From contig JACKCI010000001.1 in assembly GCA_020634155.1 (NCBI GenBank), positions 1,337,306 through 1,401,305 on the forward strand: a stretch of 64,000 nt of DNA. The letters are read 5' to 3'. Every line of letters starts with the position of its first letter. Position 1 is the stretch's first letter. This DNA is from Anaerolineales bacterium (GTDB taxonomy: Bacteria; Chloroflexota; Anaerolineae; Aggregatilineales; J027). Both the position numbers and the translations under genes were made by a program. The notes below the pieces were generated by a model. The model was not told the DNA's origin and did no database searches. It was given only the letters and a program-made list of their open reading frames with translations. Of this stretch, positions 17,238 to 27,596 are shown one piece after another.

Positions 17238-19115
17238 TTACTCGTTCACCAGTAGAACTATTTTATCCATTTGTGGCGTGCTAAAACGGGGTTGTTGTTC
17301 TTTGCCAACACTTAAAGCCCGCCGCTTGACTTCCTCGCGCAGCAATCTAAACACATCCAACACCTCGACCTCACCGGGATGGCTCATCGCCTCAATCAGC
17401 ACCTCAGTAAAGAGGCTATTGTGGTGTCCACCGAGGATATAGGATGACTGCGTTTCGGTAGAGGAGGCAATCAACGCCCGCCCACTGCCTGCTAACAACT
17501 GGGGGTTGATTGCTTTAGGAATCAAGTCGGCTTGGAAAACATCTTTGGTCAAGACCGCCCCACCTGCATGGCAACAATCAAGGAAAACGACCATACGTTG
17601 AGCGCTCACATCTTGTAGCCATGTGTTGAACATGCTCATATTAAGGGCGGTACTCAGAAAATCGTGCGGATTATACTCATGTGGGATAAAGAAGTAGTCA
17701 TCTGTTGTAGTAGCCATCCCATGTCCAGAATAGTACACAATCGCGGTGGCATTGGCATCAACTCTGACCTTCTCGCGTAGCCAGTCAAACGCTGCTTGAA
17801 TGGTAGGAATGGCGGCCTGTTCATCAGTCAACACTTTGACCTGTTCAGACAAATAACCTGCGCGTTTTGTGAGAAACTCCTTGACCGCCAAGGCATCATT
17901 GGCCGTGATAGGCAATGAATATTTGGGGTTCTTGGTCTCACCCACCCCAATTACCAAGGCATACCCGTGTTCAAATGGTTGCACTGGGCGTATTCCGTGA
18001 ACAATGGCGATTTGGGCAAGGGGTTGCGTAGGAGCGAGAACCTCAATCTGGGTGCTGTCGGTAGTTGGTAAGTTGAATGCTTCTGCTACTTGGGCAAAAG
18101 CCAATGTTCCATAGACCAATGCCGCCTTGCGATACAGGTCTGATGCTTGTGGGTCGGCAAATGCGCGTAATGCAGCGATAGTACCACACATCCAATAGGC
18201 GGTTTCAATCCGTTCACCCAGTGTAGAGTGCATGGCGTCCATATAGGCTTTAATGCTTTGACGCAAGGGCAGAATTATTTGTAGCGCATGAGATGCAATG
18301 AAACCCGCAATATCGTGGGGATTGGGTGTGATGGCAGTACAAATATGAGAGCATAGCCCAACCCACTCCTCCCATGAGGCACGCTCCAACATGAACTGCT
18401 GAAGCACTGATAGTTCCAACATTGTCCAGTCCAAAAGGATAGGGCCTTGTTCATCAAGTGTCCGCACATCCATGAGGACGGGTTCATTCTTGGCAATGTA
18501 CACGTGGCTGACATCCAATTGTCCGTGCATGATTCCCATCGGCATCAGCAGTGATTGATTGGTTGACCAAAGCGCATCGTTCATGACCCATGCCACTGGA
18601 TTCCTATAAACTCGATTTCCTATCGAGATTGTGTCATGAATTGTGGTTGCGGATGAGAAAGGTGTGTATTGACGTAGCCAATCGCGTAGATTGAAGGCCT
18701 CGCGCTTCAAATCCCGCACATCATTCCAATTTTTGAGATAACCTGCCAACTTCTCCAACAAGGCTACCATCTCATTGATTCGCGGACTGGCGTCTTGAAG
18801 GTACGTCACCAAGGGGCGGATATGGTTAATATGCGGCACATCCACTAAACACCCAACGGTACCAGCAGTGTCCACCAATTCAGCTACTGAAGTGGGAAAC
18901 ATCTCTAGTTTAAGCCGTTCCACACGTCTTTGTTGGCTAGTGATTGCGTCGGGGTCGCCAGTGGCGTAACGCTGCAAGAGATACATACCTTGCACGTCGC
19001 GTTGTCGTATGGCGTTGCTATCGACACGATAGAGTTTTAACGAGGGAATAGCAGAGGGTACTTCGTCATAAAGCACTAATGGTGGCGAAAAAAGATTCAA
19101 CAGCTTATAAACCAT
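17238..19115 (-). CDS. Caspase-fold (peptidase C14) protein with an N-terminal degenerate kinase-like domain homologous to the N-termini of the DGR targets (625 aa)
   Basis: The C-terminal roughly 260 aa carry ALVIGV, IVYYSGHG (catalytic His) and VVFLDCCHAGG (catalytic Cys). The N-terminal roughly 330 aa align by eye with both targets at three blocks. These are NPVAWVMNDALW vs NPIAYALNAALW / NPRAYALNTDLW, HGQLDVSHVYI vs HGDFHADNLMC / HGDLHGGNIIC, and LLDWTMLELSVL vs LFDLAYLELDVML / FYDLAYLELDTIL. The gene ends 20 nt before the target-2 start. Confidence 0.85.
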   Translation of the reverse strand: MVYKLLNLFSPPLVLYDEVPSAIPSLKLYRVDSNAIRQRDVQGMYLLQRYATGDPDAITSQQRRVERLKLEMFPTSVAELVDTAGTVGCLVDVPHINHIRPLVTYLQDASPRINEMVALLEKLAGYLKNWNDVRDLKREAFNLRDWLRQYTPFSSATTIHDTISIGNRVYRNPVAWVMNDALWSTNQSLLMPMGIMHGQLDVSHVYIAKNEPVLMDVRTLDEQGPILLDWTMLELSVLQQFMLERASWEEWVGLCSHICTAITPNPHDIAGFIASHALQIILPLRQSIKAYMDAMHSTLGERIETAYWMCGTIAALRAFADPQASDLYRKAALVYGTLAFAQVAEAFNLPTTDSTQIEVLAPTQPLAQIAIVHGIRPVQPFEHGYALVIGVGETKNPKYSLPITANDALAVKEFLTKRAGYLSEQVKVLTDEQAAIPTIQAAFDWLREKVRVDANATAIVYYSGHGMATTTDDYFFIPHEYNPHDFLSTALNMSMFNTWLQDVSAQRMVVFLDCCHAGGAVLTKDVFQADLIPKAINPQLLAGSGRALIASSTETQSSYILGGHHNSLFTEVLIEAMSHPGEVEVLDVFRLLREEVKRRALSVGKEQQPRFSTPQMDKIVLLVNE

Positions 19116-20084
19116 CTCTATAGCTCCACAAGAATCAATAACAAGCAGTATCTATATTGCAGCGATCAACATTCGACTGTAAATGACTATCAGCAAATCT
19201 AGTTTGTTGGCTGACTAAAGCAACCTCAAACTTTGTTAGGGGTGATACCCCAATAATAAATGAATATGTTTGTGAGTATAGATAGCTTTCGGGAAAAAGC
19301 CAAAATGGTGGCTGTGGTAAGTTACTGTTCATCCCAGAGTCTGGGGCAAATCATTCCTTACTATATTGTCCGCGCTTGCTTCTCCTCTGATCTGTTTTAC
19401 GTTACCCAGAGACATCTTTGCACTCCACTATAGCAGGACATTTCCTGATAGGTTAGGTGCCTTCATAGACGCAAAGACCTCGCAATCTAATCAAGTTTGC
19501 GAGGTTGATGAATCAGTAAAGGGTTTTGCTATTGACGCATCTGGTTATTGCAGGTCACCTACCAGTTACGATTGCACTTCAATCGTGTTAGCTGTCTCCG
19601 CTACCTTCGGACTACATTCGGTACCTCTACCCCCACATACAGCCTCGAAAGCACCTTTTCAACAGCTTCTACTAGAGAAAAGCGTGGGATGGGTTCGAAC
19701 CTCGTATGGGGCATTAGTATAAATTATTTCATACTACAAAATCTCACCCCACTCAATACATTTTCACCATAAAATCTAAATCACCTCACTATGAGCATAG
19801 TATAAGCGTAGGGAAGTCGTATACTTATAGCATTCATTTCACAACTTACCATCGAAAAATCCAAGCATGATGTCTCAACCACTTTTTTACCAATTTTCGA
19901 CACTTTAGAATTCACATCTAGCGAACCACCAACAGATTATTGCCTTGGATATGCAGTCACGGATTAGAGCAAAGTAGGAGCAGCGCATCGTCCGTCTAAA
20001 CCATAAACTTACCCCCGCGCCCAACGCCCAGCACTCCACTGGTCAGCTACAGTTAGTTGCAATCTGCTGACTTTGGGTCAGAGT

Positions 20085-21843
20085 TCAGAGCCTAAGTTGA
20101 CCACTATACAACCGTGCATACATCCCATCTCGAGCAAGTAGCTCCTTGTGTGTTCCTTGTTCTGATATGCCATCCTCCGATAGCATTAGAATTCGATCCG
20201 CATTCTGAACAGTTGATAAACGATGTGCAATCACCAGTGTTGTTCGGTTATCCGCAAGTTGTTCCATCGCAAGCTGAACGGCACGTTCACTCTCGTTATC
20301 TAACGAACTGGTGGCTTCATCAAATATGATAATTGGCGGATCCTTGAGGAACAGACGGGCAATGCTCAGACGCTGCTTCTGCCCACCTGATAACTTCACA
20401 CCACGTTGACCAATATCTGTATTGTATCCATTGGGAAGGGCCATAATAAAGCCATGTGCATTCGCTTTGACCGCCGAATCTATAATCTCCGCTTGGTTTG
20501 CGCTCGGCTTGCCATAATTGATATTCTCATAGACTGTACCTGAAAACAGATATGTGTCCTGATGCACGATACCGATATTTCGGCGTAGTGACCGCAAACT
20601 GATGTCACATATGTTATGACCATCAATCAGAATATCACCCTCGGTCACCTCGTAAAAACGCGGAAGCAAGGACAAGAGTGTTGTTTTCCCGATACCCGAT
20701 ACCCCGACCAGTGCAACATATTCCCCCATCCGGATTTCCAGTGAGATGTTCTTCACCACATAATCAAGATGCTCACGATATTTAAAACTGACATTCCGAA
20801 ATTCAACATGCCCCTGAGCCTGTTTCAGTTCAATAGCATCGGGTGAATCTTGGATTTCCGGCTCAATTTCCATGATTTCCATAAACCGATTAAATCCGGT
20901 GACACCTTCCTGATAGAGTCGGGCAAGATTCGCAAACTTTGAAATTGGGTCAATCAGAATTGCGATGAATAACAGGTAAGTTACCAAATCAGTTAAATCC
21001 AATGAAGCATGCAGAATCGCAATACCACCGAAGATAATTACACCCATCGTCAGCACCTGTGTAAACGCCATCATCCCTTCATAGAAGAAAGCTTCACTTC
21101 GATATATATCGCGTCTGGTAGTAACAAACCGTGCGTTTTCATAGGCAAATTTCTGCTTTTCCACTGTTTCATTGGTGAACGATTGAACAACTTTGATACC
21201 AGTCAGCATATCTTCCACCTGTGCATTGATGTCACCGATTCGCGTCCGGCTTTCAGTCAACGCACTGTTAAGGCGTCGATTGTAATGCAACGCATAGAAA
21301 GCCATAAATGGCATCAGGAGAAAAATCGCCATTGTCAGCGGGATGTTGATGCTCAACAGGATGGTAAATGCGCCAAGCAACTTCAACAGCGCAATCAACG
21401 ATTCTTCAGGGCCATGATGTGCCAACTCGCTAATTGCAAACAAGTCGTTGGTGATACGAGATAACAAGTGGCCTGTTCGCTGTTCGTCATAGAAGCTAAA
21501 TGACAACTTTTGATAATGGTCGAATAGGTCACGTCGCATATCACTTTCCATATGTGTACCCATCATATGCCCCTGATAATCCACAAATGTATTGCATACG
21601 ATCTGGATAAGAATCAAACCAACCATCACCAACCCCATTAGAATGATCTGATTGAGAGCATCCGGCGCGTTATTTTGCAAGATGTTCTGGGTGATATATC
21701 TGGCACAAAGGGGAAGAACAAGAGCAGTTGCTGAAACAATAACAGCGCAAACGAGATCAACAACCAGTAAACCCCAATAAGGCTGGTAATACGAAAAGAA
21801 TTTCTTGCTCCGCGAAGGCAAGTGGTCACGCGAGTTCGACATG
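20085..21843 (-). CDS. ABC exporter half-transporter (TMD-NBD fusion, MsbA/MdlB-like)
   Basis: Six predicted N-terminal TM helices. Walker A GVSGIGKTT, ABC signature LSGGQKQR, Walker B IIIFDEATSSLD and H-loop LVIAHRLST. I prefer ATG 21843 (MSNSRDHLPS...) over the track's TTG at 21866. The gene is visibly AT-richer (about 40-43% GC by eye) than its neighbours. Confidence 0.9.
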
Positions 21844-22358
21844 GAATGTCTGTCCCTTAAGTTCAATTGATTAATTCAAGTTGAAATGGACAATGTGGCA
21901 GAAATATCGCCCCCATTGCTAAGGAAATCAGGCCAACCAAGTCGAGTAAGAACCTATGTGGCTTTACAGGAGGTCTGGGTTTATCCAAGCGAAAGTGCTA
22001 TTCGCTGTCTTCCGTTTATGGAGCTATTGAGCGAGGTCCCGCCAATTACCTCTAGGAATCTACAACAACCCTATCTCGGTGGTTTTGCCTGTTTTGATGA
22101 CTAAGAATATAATAGAGTTCCTCATTGTAGAATCACCTTTCTAATCATCCGAACAGATTGCGGTTAGTTTACTATGTAGCAGTATCCATAGGCAACCACG
22201 AGGCTTCGCTTTGAATGCCCGCAATCAACCGTAGCACCGCCGCATCCATAATGAACTTGCCCCATTCACCCCACAGATTGATAGCTATTGACATAATTTT
22301 GGCTATACACCATTGCGTGCTATAGTTATTCGCATCCGACACCATAGAGACACTAACC

Positions 22359-23240
22359 ATGAAACCAGCCCCTTTTGAATATCTGATTTCAGATTCCCTT
22401 GATGAAGTAATCGAATGGCTCTCCCAAGCGGGTGATACTGCCAAAGTCTTGGCAGGGGGGCAAAGCCTTGTCTCAGCCATGAATTTTCGTCAGGTAACCC
22501 CCAGCGTCTTGATTGATTTAAATAATTTAACAACGCTCAGTTACCTTCAACTCGCCGCCGACGGCACGCTCCATATTGGAGCCATGACCCGCCAGCGCCA
22601 ACTGGAGTTGGAAACAGCCGTGTTATGCCCTCTACTCTATGAAACCATGCCCCACATCGGCAGACCCCAGATTCGCAATCGAGGCACCTTGGGGGGAAGT
22701 TTGGCTCATGCTGCACCAGCCGCCGAATTGCCAGCGGTGATGGTGGCGCTGGATGCTGAGTTAGTAGCTAGAAGCGGGCGTGGTGAGCGTCAATTGAGCG
22801 CACGTCATTTTTTCGTCGGCCCCTATCGCACCCAACTGGCTGCGGATGAGATACTCACCGAAATTATCATTCCCCCACCCCACTCACGCACAGGCACAGC
22901 CTTTGTCGAATTTTCACGCCAATTTAGTGGCCTAGCAGTCTTGGGTGTAGCTGTAGTTCTGGCATTAGATGAGGATACTATCTGCCGCCATGTACGACTT
23001 GCCTATTTAAACGCTCACGCCACCACCTATGATGCCTCTGCCACCGCGCAACACTTGATGCTTAACGAAGCCTATACACCTGCACTCCTTGAGGAAGTTA
23101 CGCAGACCATTGCCTATCAAGACCTCAACCCACTCGGCAGTCTACATGGCACCTCAAGTTACCAACGCCATCTAGCCACTGTGCTAACCCGCCAAGCGTT
23201 TAACACTGCTGCCAGCCGTAGTCAAGGAGCCGCCCAATGA
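22359..23240 (+). CDS. Molybdenum hydroxylase FAD-binding medium subunit (CoxM/XdhB-like)
   Basis: MKPAPFEY...KVLAGGQSLVSAMNFR is a typical FAD_binding_5 N-terminus. The stop overlaps the next gene's start (ATGA). Confidence 0.85.
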   Translation: MKPAPFEYLISDSLDEVIEWLSQAGDTAKVLAGGQSLVSAMNFRQVTPSVLIDLNNLTTLSYLQLAADGTLHIGAMTRQRQLELETAVLCPLLYETMPHIGRPQIRNRGTLGGSLAHAAPAAELPAVMVALDAELVARSGRGERQLSARHFFVGPYRTQLAADEILTEIIIPPPHSRTGTAFVEFSRQFSGLAVLGVAVVLALDEDTICRHVRLAYLNAHATTYDASATAQHLMLNEAYTPALLEEVTQTIAYQDLNPLGSLHGTSSYQRHLATVLTRQAFNTAASRSQGAAQ

Positions 23241-23710
23241 TTCAGATCACCGTAATTGTGAATGGCATCACTCATACCCTCCAAGTAGAGCCACGCCTGC
23301 TTTTGAGCGACTTCTTACGCCAAGATTTGGGGCTAACCGGAACCCATGTTGGGTGCGAGCATGGTGTCTGTGGCAGTTGCACCATCTTGTTCGATGGAGA
23401 TGCAGTACGGGCGTGTTTAATGTTTGCGGTACAAGCCAACGGGCATGAAATTACAACGGTCGAGAGTCTAACCACAGACATGGAGCGACTACACCCCATT
23501 CAACGAGCCTTTCGTGAGACTCATGCTCTGCAGTGCGGCTTCTGCACCTCCGGCATTCTCATGACCTTGATTCCATTCTTAGAAAAAAATCCTGACCCCA
23601 CAGAAGCCGATATTCGCCAAGCCCTAACCGGAAATCTGTGCCGCTGTACAGGCTATCAGCACATAGTGGCCGCGGTTCAACGTGCTGCCCAACTTCAACA
23701 AAAACCATAA
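23237..23710 (+). CDS. Molybdenum hydroxylase [2Fe-2S] small subunit (CoxS-like)
   Basis: Two cluster motifs: CEHGVCGSCT and CGFCTSG...CRCTGY. Confidence 0.9.
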   Translation: MIQITVIVNGITHTLQVEPRLLLSDFLRQDLGLTGTHVGCEHGVCGSCTILFDGDAVRACLMFAVQANGHEITTVESLTTDMERLHPIQRAFRETHALQCGFCTSGILMTLIPFLEKNPDPTEADIRQALTGNLCRCTGYQHIVAAVQRAAQLQQKP

Positions 23711-23721
23711 GGACATCACCG

Positions 23722-26067
23722 ATGGCAACCCGTTATTTTGGACAACGCATCCAACGCAATGAAGACCCGCGCCTCCTCACAGGTCAAGCACTGTTTGTTG
23801 ATGATGTTATGCTGCCCCGCCTAGCCCATATCGCTTTTGTCCGCAGCCCTCATGCCCACGCCCTTATTCACCGTATTGATACCAAGTCAGCGCTCAAACG
23901 CGAAGGCGTTATCGCTATTTTTACAGCCGAGGATTTAGGGGACTATTGGCAACCTGCCCCCATCGTTGTACCTCCTCCCCCTATTCAAGATATGACCTTC
24001 AACAAACGCACCCAACCCCCTCTAGCCAAGGGCAAAGCACGCTTTGTTGGTGAACCAATCGCTGTAATTGTGGCAGAAAGCCGCTATATTGCCGAAGACG
24101 CCATCCGCGATATGCAAATCGAATACGAGTTGCTGTCCCCAGTCCTAGACATTGAACACGCCCTTGATGCCAACCAGCCCCTAATACACGATGACCTTCC
24201 TGACAACCTCGGCGCACATGTTGTTCAACGAAAAGGAGACTATGACCGTGCCGCTCAAAGCGCCGATCTCATCATCAAGCGCCGCTTTGACTATGACCGG
24301 GGCACCGCCGCGGCTATAGAAAATCGTGGTATTGTTGCCAGTTGGGATACACGCGACCAACGATTGACCATCTGGGATACTACCCAAGCCCCTGTACCTA
24401 TTCGCAATGGGTTAGCTAAATTACTGGGCCTTGGTGAAAACCAAGTAAGGGTGATTGCCCCCTTCATTGGCGGTGGATTTGGGCCAAAAGTGATGATGTT
24501 TTACCAAGAGGAGTTGATTGTGCCTTGGGTGGCTATGCACCTTGGGCGACCCGTTAAATGGATTGAAGACCGCGCCGAGAATTTTGTTGGCACCTCACAT
24601 GAACGGGGACAAGTCCACGAATCAGAGATAGCCCTTACCGCTGATGGCAAAATCATTGGGGTTAAAGACACCTTCATTCATGACTGTGGAGCCTATATCC
24701 CCTATGGCCTAACTCTCCCGCTCAACACCCAATGCACGCTGCTTGGATGTTATGATGTGCAGCATTACACCACCGAATTTGAGGCCGTTTTCACCAACAA
24801 AACACTAGTGGCACCCTATCGTGGGGCCGGACGCCAACACGGGGTCTTTGTGATGGAGCGCTTATTGGATATTGCCGCTAAGGAACTTGGCATCGACCGT
24901 GCCGAAATCCGCCGTCGCAACCTTATCCCTCCCGATGCGTTCCCTTATCACAACGAGATTATCTATCAAGATTTTGCGCCGCTGGTCTATGACAGCGGCA
25001 ACTATGAACCCTCGCTTGACAAAGCCCTAGAGATGATAGACTATCAAGACTTTATTGAAAATATTCAGCCGCAGCTAAAAGCAGAAGGCCGCTATGTAGG
25101 CATCGGCATTGCAACCTACGTGGAAGGCACAGGCATTGGCCCTTATGAAGGCGCACGGGTGCAAGTCATGGGCAACGGCAAAGTATCCGTTGTTACGGGT
25201 ATTGGCACCCAAGGCCAAGGTCATTTCACAAGTTTCGCCCAAATCGTTGCCGACCAACTCGGCGTTGAGGTCTGCGATGTCAGCATCACGACAGGCGATA
25301 CCAATTTATTTTATTGGGGGGCGGGCACCTTTGCCAGTCGTGGAGCCGTTGTTGCGGGCAATGCCATCAATGAGGCCGCCAAAGATGTCCGCCAGAAAAT
25401 TCTCAAATTAGCCGCTGAGAAGCTCCATGTAACCGAAGACGAACTTGAATTAACACAGGGGGTAGTGCATCTCAAGCACAATCCCAATATCTTTATTGCT
25501 CTCGGTGACCTTGCCACCCAAGCCAATCCATTGCGTGGCGCAGTCAAGCCGGGAACCGAGCCGGGATTAGAAGCAACCAATTACTTCGGGCCAGAACGAG
25601 GGGCCACCGCCAACGGTGTCCATGCGGCTATTGTTGAAGTTGACCCCGACACCTTTGATGTCCACATCTTGCGCTATGTAGTTGTGCATGACTGCGGCAA
25701 TGTCATCAATCCCCTCATCCTCGATGGGCAAATTCATGGGGGTACTGCACAGGGTATTGGTAATGCCTTCTATGAGAAATTGGTCTACGACGACCAAGGC
25801 CACCTCTTGAGCATCAGTCTACTCGATTATCTGCTCCCTAACGCCATGAATATCCCTCATATTGAAATTGGGCATGAGGTCACGCCCTCCCCTCTCAATC
25901 CACTAGGCATTAAAGGAGCAGGTGAGGCAGGAGCCATCCCCGTAGGGCCAGTTTTTGCCCAAGCCGTTGAGGACGCTTTGTCCGAATTTGGCGTTGAAAT
26001 CCGTGAAATCCCCTTAAGTCCCAGCCGACTTTGGGAGTTAGTACAGCAAGCCCAAGGGAAGGTGTAG
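23722..26067 (+). CDS. Molybdopterin-binding large subunit, form-II CoxL-like (substrate unknown)
   Basis: Start re-set to ATG 23722 (MATRYFGQRIQRNEDPRLLTG), with AAGGA 8 nt upstream. Carries IGGGFGPK. The active-site loop VAPYRGAGRQHG matches the AYRGAGR form-II signature, not the CO-dehydrogenase AYRCSFR. Confidence 0.85.
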   Translation: MATRYFGQRIQRNEDPRLLTGQALFVDDVMLPRLAHIAFVRSPHAHALIHRIDTKSALKREGVIAIFTAEDLGDYWQPAPIVVPPPPIQDMTFNKRTQPPLAKGKARFVGEPIAVIVAESRYIAEDAIRDMQIEYELLSPVLDIEHALDANQPLIHDDLPDNLGAHVVQRKGDYDRAAQSADLIIKRRFDYDRGTAAAIENRGIVASWDTRDQRLTIWDTTQAPVPIRNGLAKLLGLGENQVRVIAPFIGGGFGPKVMMFYQEELIVPWVAMHLGRPVKWIEDRAENFVGTSHERGQVHESEIALTADGKIIGVKDTFIHDCGAYIPYGLTLPLNTQCTLLGCYDVQHYTTEFEAVFTNKTLVAPYRGAGRQHGVFVMERLLDIAAKELGIDRAEIRRRNLIPPDAFPYHNEIIYQDFAPLVYDSGNYEPSLDKALEMIDYQDFIENIQPQLKAEGRYVGIGIATYVEGTGIGPYEGARVQVMGNGKVSVVTGIGTQGQGHFTSFAQIVADQLGVEVCDVSITTGDTNLFYWGAGTFASRGAVVAGNAINEAAKDVRQKILKLAAEKLHVTEDELELTQGVVHLKHNPNIFIALGDLATQANPLRGAVKPGTEPGLEATNYFGPERGATANGVHAAIVEVDPDTFDVHILRYVVVHDCGNVINPLILDGQIHGGTAQGIGNAFYEKLVYDDQGHLLSISLLDYLLPNAMNIPHIEIGHEVTPSPLNPLGIKGAGEAGAIPVGPVFAQAVEDALSEFGVEIREIPLSPSRLWELVQQAQGKV

Positions 26068-26069
26068 AC

Positions 26070-27596
26070 GTGGCAATCCGCTTTGTACTTAAACCGAGCC
26101 AGTATTTTGACTCAGTTTCATTAATGAATATCGCCGCCGAATTGCAGCGCTTGGCAGGCATTGAAGATGCCGCGTTGGTAATGGGTACCACCGCCAACAA
26201 AACTCTCTTAGAAGCTGTCGCACCCCTCACGCCCGCCGTTCAAGATGCCAAATCGACCGACTTAATTGTATTGCTGGTCGGTGATGAAGCCACCCTGCCC
26301 GATGCCCTTGTTACCGTTGACCGCCTTTTGACTGAAAAACCCACCGCGACCTTCAACACGGGTCAATCCCAACCGCGCACCCTCCGCACCGCCCAACGCA
26401 TGTCCCCCCACGCCAATTTGGTGATGATTTCAGTCGCTGGTGAATATGCCGTTGCTGAGGCATGGGCGGCTTTACACCAAGGATTAAATGTCTTCTTATT
26501 TAGCGACAACGTAGCCTTAGATGATGAACGGCATCTGAAAACCTATGCCATTGAACGCAATTTGTTACTAATGGGGCCGGGGGCTGGTACTGCCATCATT
26601 AATGGGGTTGGCCTTGGCTTTGCCAATCAAGTACCGCATGGCACCGTTGGGATTGTCTCCGCAGCAGGCACAGGTCTGCAAGAAGTGAGCAGTATCTTAG
26701 CCCAGCATGGGGTAGGCATCTCCCAAGCTATTGGCGTTGGCGGGCGTGATTTATCTGAGACTATCGGCGGCTTGATGACCTTCCATGCCATTAACGCCCT
26801 TCAAGCTGACCCTCAAACTCAATTCATTGTCGCTATCTCCAAGCTACCCGCCTCTCATATTGCCCAACAAGTGATGGATAGACTCGCCGCCAGTGGTAAG
26901 CCAAGTGTGGTGATATTCATGTCTGCCGAGCGCCCAGTACCCCCTGACGGCATATATCTAGCGGAAACGCTAGAAGAAGCCGCCTGTTTCGCTGCCAGCC
27001 TTGCCACAGGCCGTGATATTAAACCAAGCGCAGGTACTCTGTCCGTACAATACCGATTTAGCCCATCACAACGTTACCTGCGCGGGCTATTCAGCGGTGG
27101 AACTCTCTGTGAGGAAGCCATGCGCCTATGGTCACAACATATCGGTGATGTGTGGTCAAATGGTCCACTTTTGCCTCATCTCAAGTTGCCTAATTCGCAC
27201 CACAGCCATCACCACTGCGCGATTGACCTTGGCGAAGAAGAATTTACGCTTGGACGCCCCCACCCCATGATTGATAACACCTTACGAATTCAACGTCTAT
27301 TACAAGAAAGCCATGACCCACAAGTGGCGGTCATTCAAATGGATGTGGTTTTAGGTTATGGTGCCCATCCCAATCCCGCCGCCGAGCTTGGCCCAGCAAT
27401 TGCCCAAGCAAGAACCATCGCGCAACTCGATAATCGAGACTTAGCCGTGATTGTGTCTATCACAGGCACCCCCAATGACCCACAAAACTACGCCCAGCAA
27501 AAAAGTCTGCTTGAAGCCAGTGGCGCAGTCGTGGCGGGTAGCAATGCTGCGGCCTCTCGTCTAGCAGTTGTCGCCATCAGTGGGGTTCACTCATGA
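26070..27596 (+). CDS. fdrA: FdrA-like acyl-CoA synthetase/succinyl-CoA-ligase-fold protein
   Basis: The N-terminus ...KPSQYFDSVSLMNIAAEL... resembles E. coli FdrA (FQDSVSLM, from memory). The likely start is GTG 26070, just after the upstream stop, with a GGAAGG RBS; the track start at 26031 overlaps the large subunit. Confidence 0.65.
   Translation: MAIRFVLKPSQYFDSVSLMNIAAELQRLAGIEDAALVMGTTANKTLLEAVAPLTPAVQDAKSTDLIVLLVGDEATLPDALVTVDRLLTEKPTATFNTGQSQPRTLRTAQRMSPHANLVMISVAGEYAVAEAWAALHQGLNVFLFSDNVALDDERHLKTYAIERNLLLMGPGAGTAIINGVGLGFANQVPHGTVGIVSAAGTGLQEVSSILAQHGVGISQAIGVGGRDLSETIGGLMTFHAINALQADPQTQFIVAISKLPASHIAQQVMDRLAASGKPSVVIFMSAERPVPPDGIYLAETLEEAACFAASLATGRDIKPSAGTLSVQYRFSPSQRYLRGLFSGGTLCEEAMRLWSQHIGDVWSNGPLLPHLKLPNSHHSHHHCAIDLGEEEFTLGRPHPMIDNTLRIQRLLQESHDPQVAVIQMDVVLGYGAHPNPAAELGPAIAQARTIAQLDNRDLAVIVSITGTPNDPQNYAQQKSLLEASGAVVAGSNAAASRLAVVAISGVHS

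Noticed and set aside
19685-19712. tRNA-like T-loop string GGGATGGGTTCGAACCTCGTATGGGG, which could indicate a tRNA, a tmRNA 3' end or an integrase att site.
   Set aside because: I could not build a T-stem (the flanks of TTCGAAC are not complementary), nor an acceptor stem or anticodon arm on either strand. GGTTCGAACC is simply self-palindromic. A covariance-model scan would settle it.
19135-19772. ORFs 19135-19332 (-), 19366-19722 (+) and 19548-19772 (+) in the AT-rich spacer upstream of the caspase gene.
   Set aside because: They have no convincing RBS, use non-ATG or weak starts, and translate to low-complexity, Cys/Ser-rich sequences without motifs. They are treated as non-coding pending RNA-seq or Rfam evidence.
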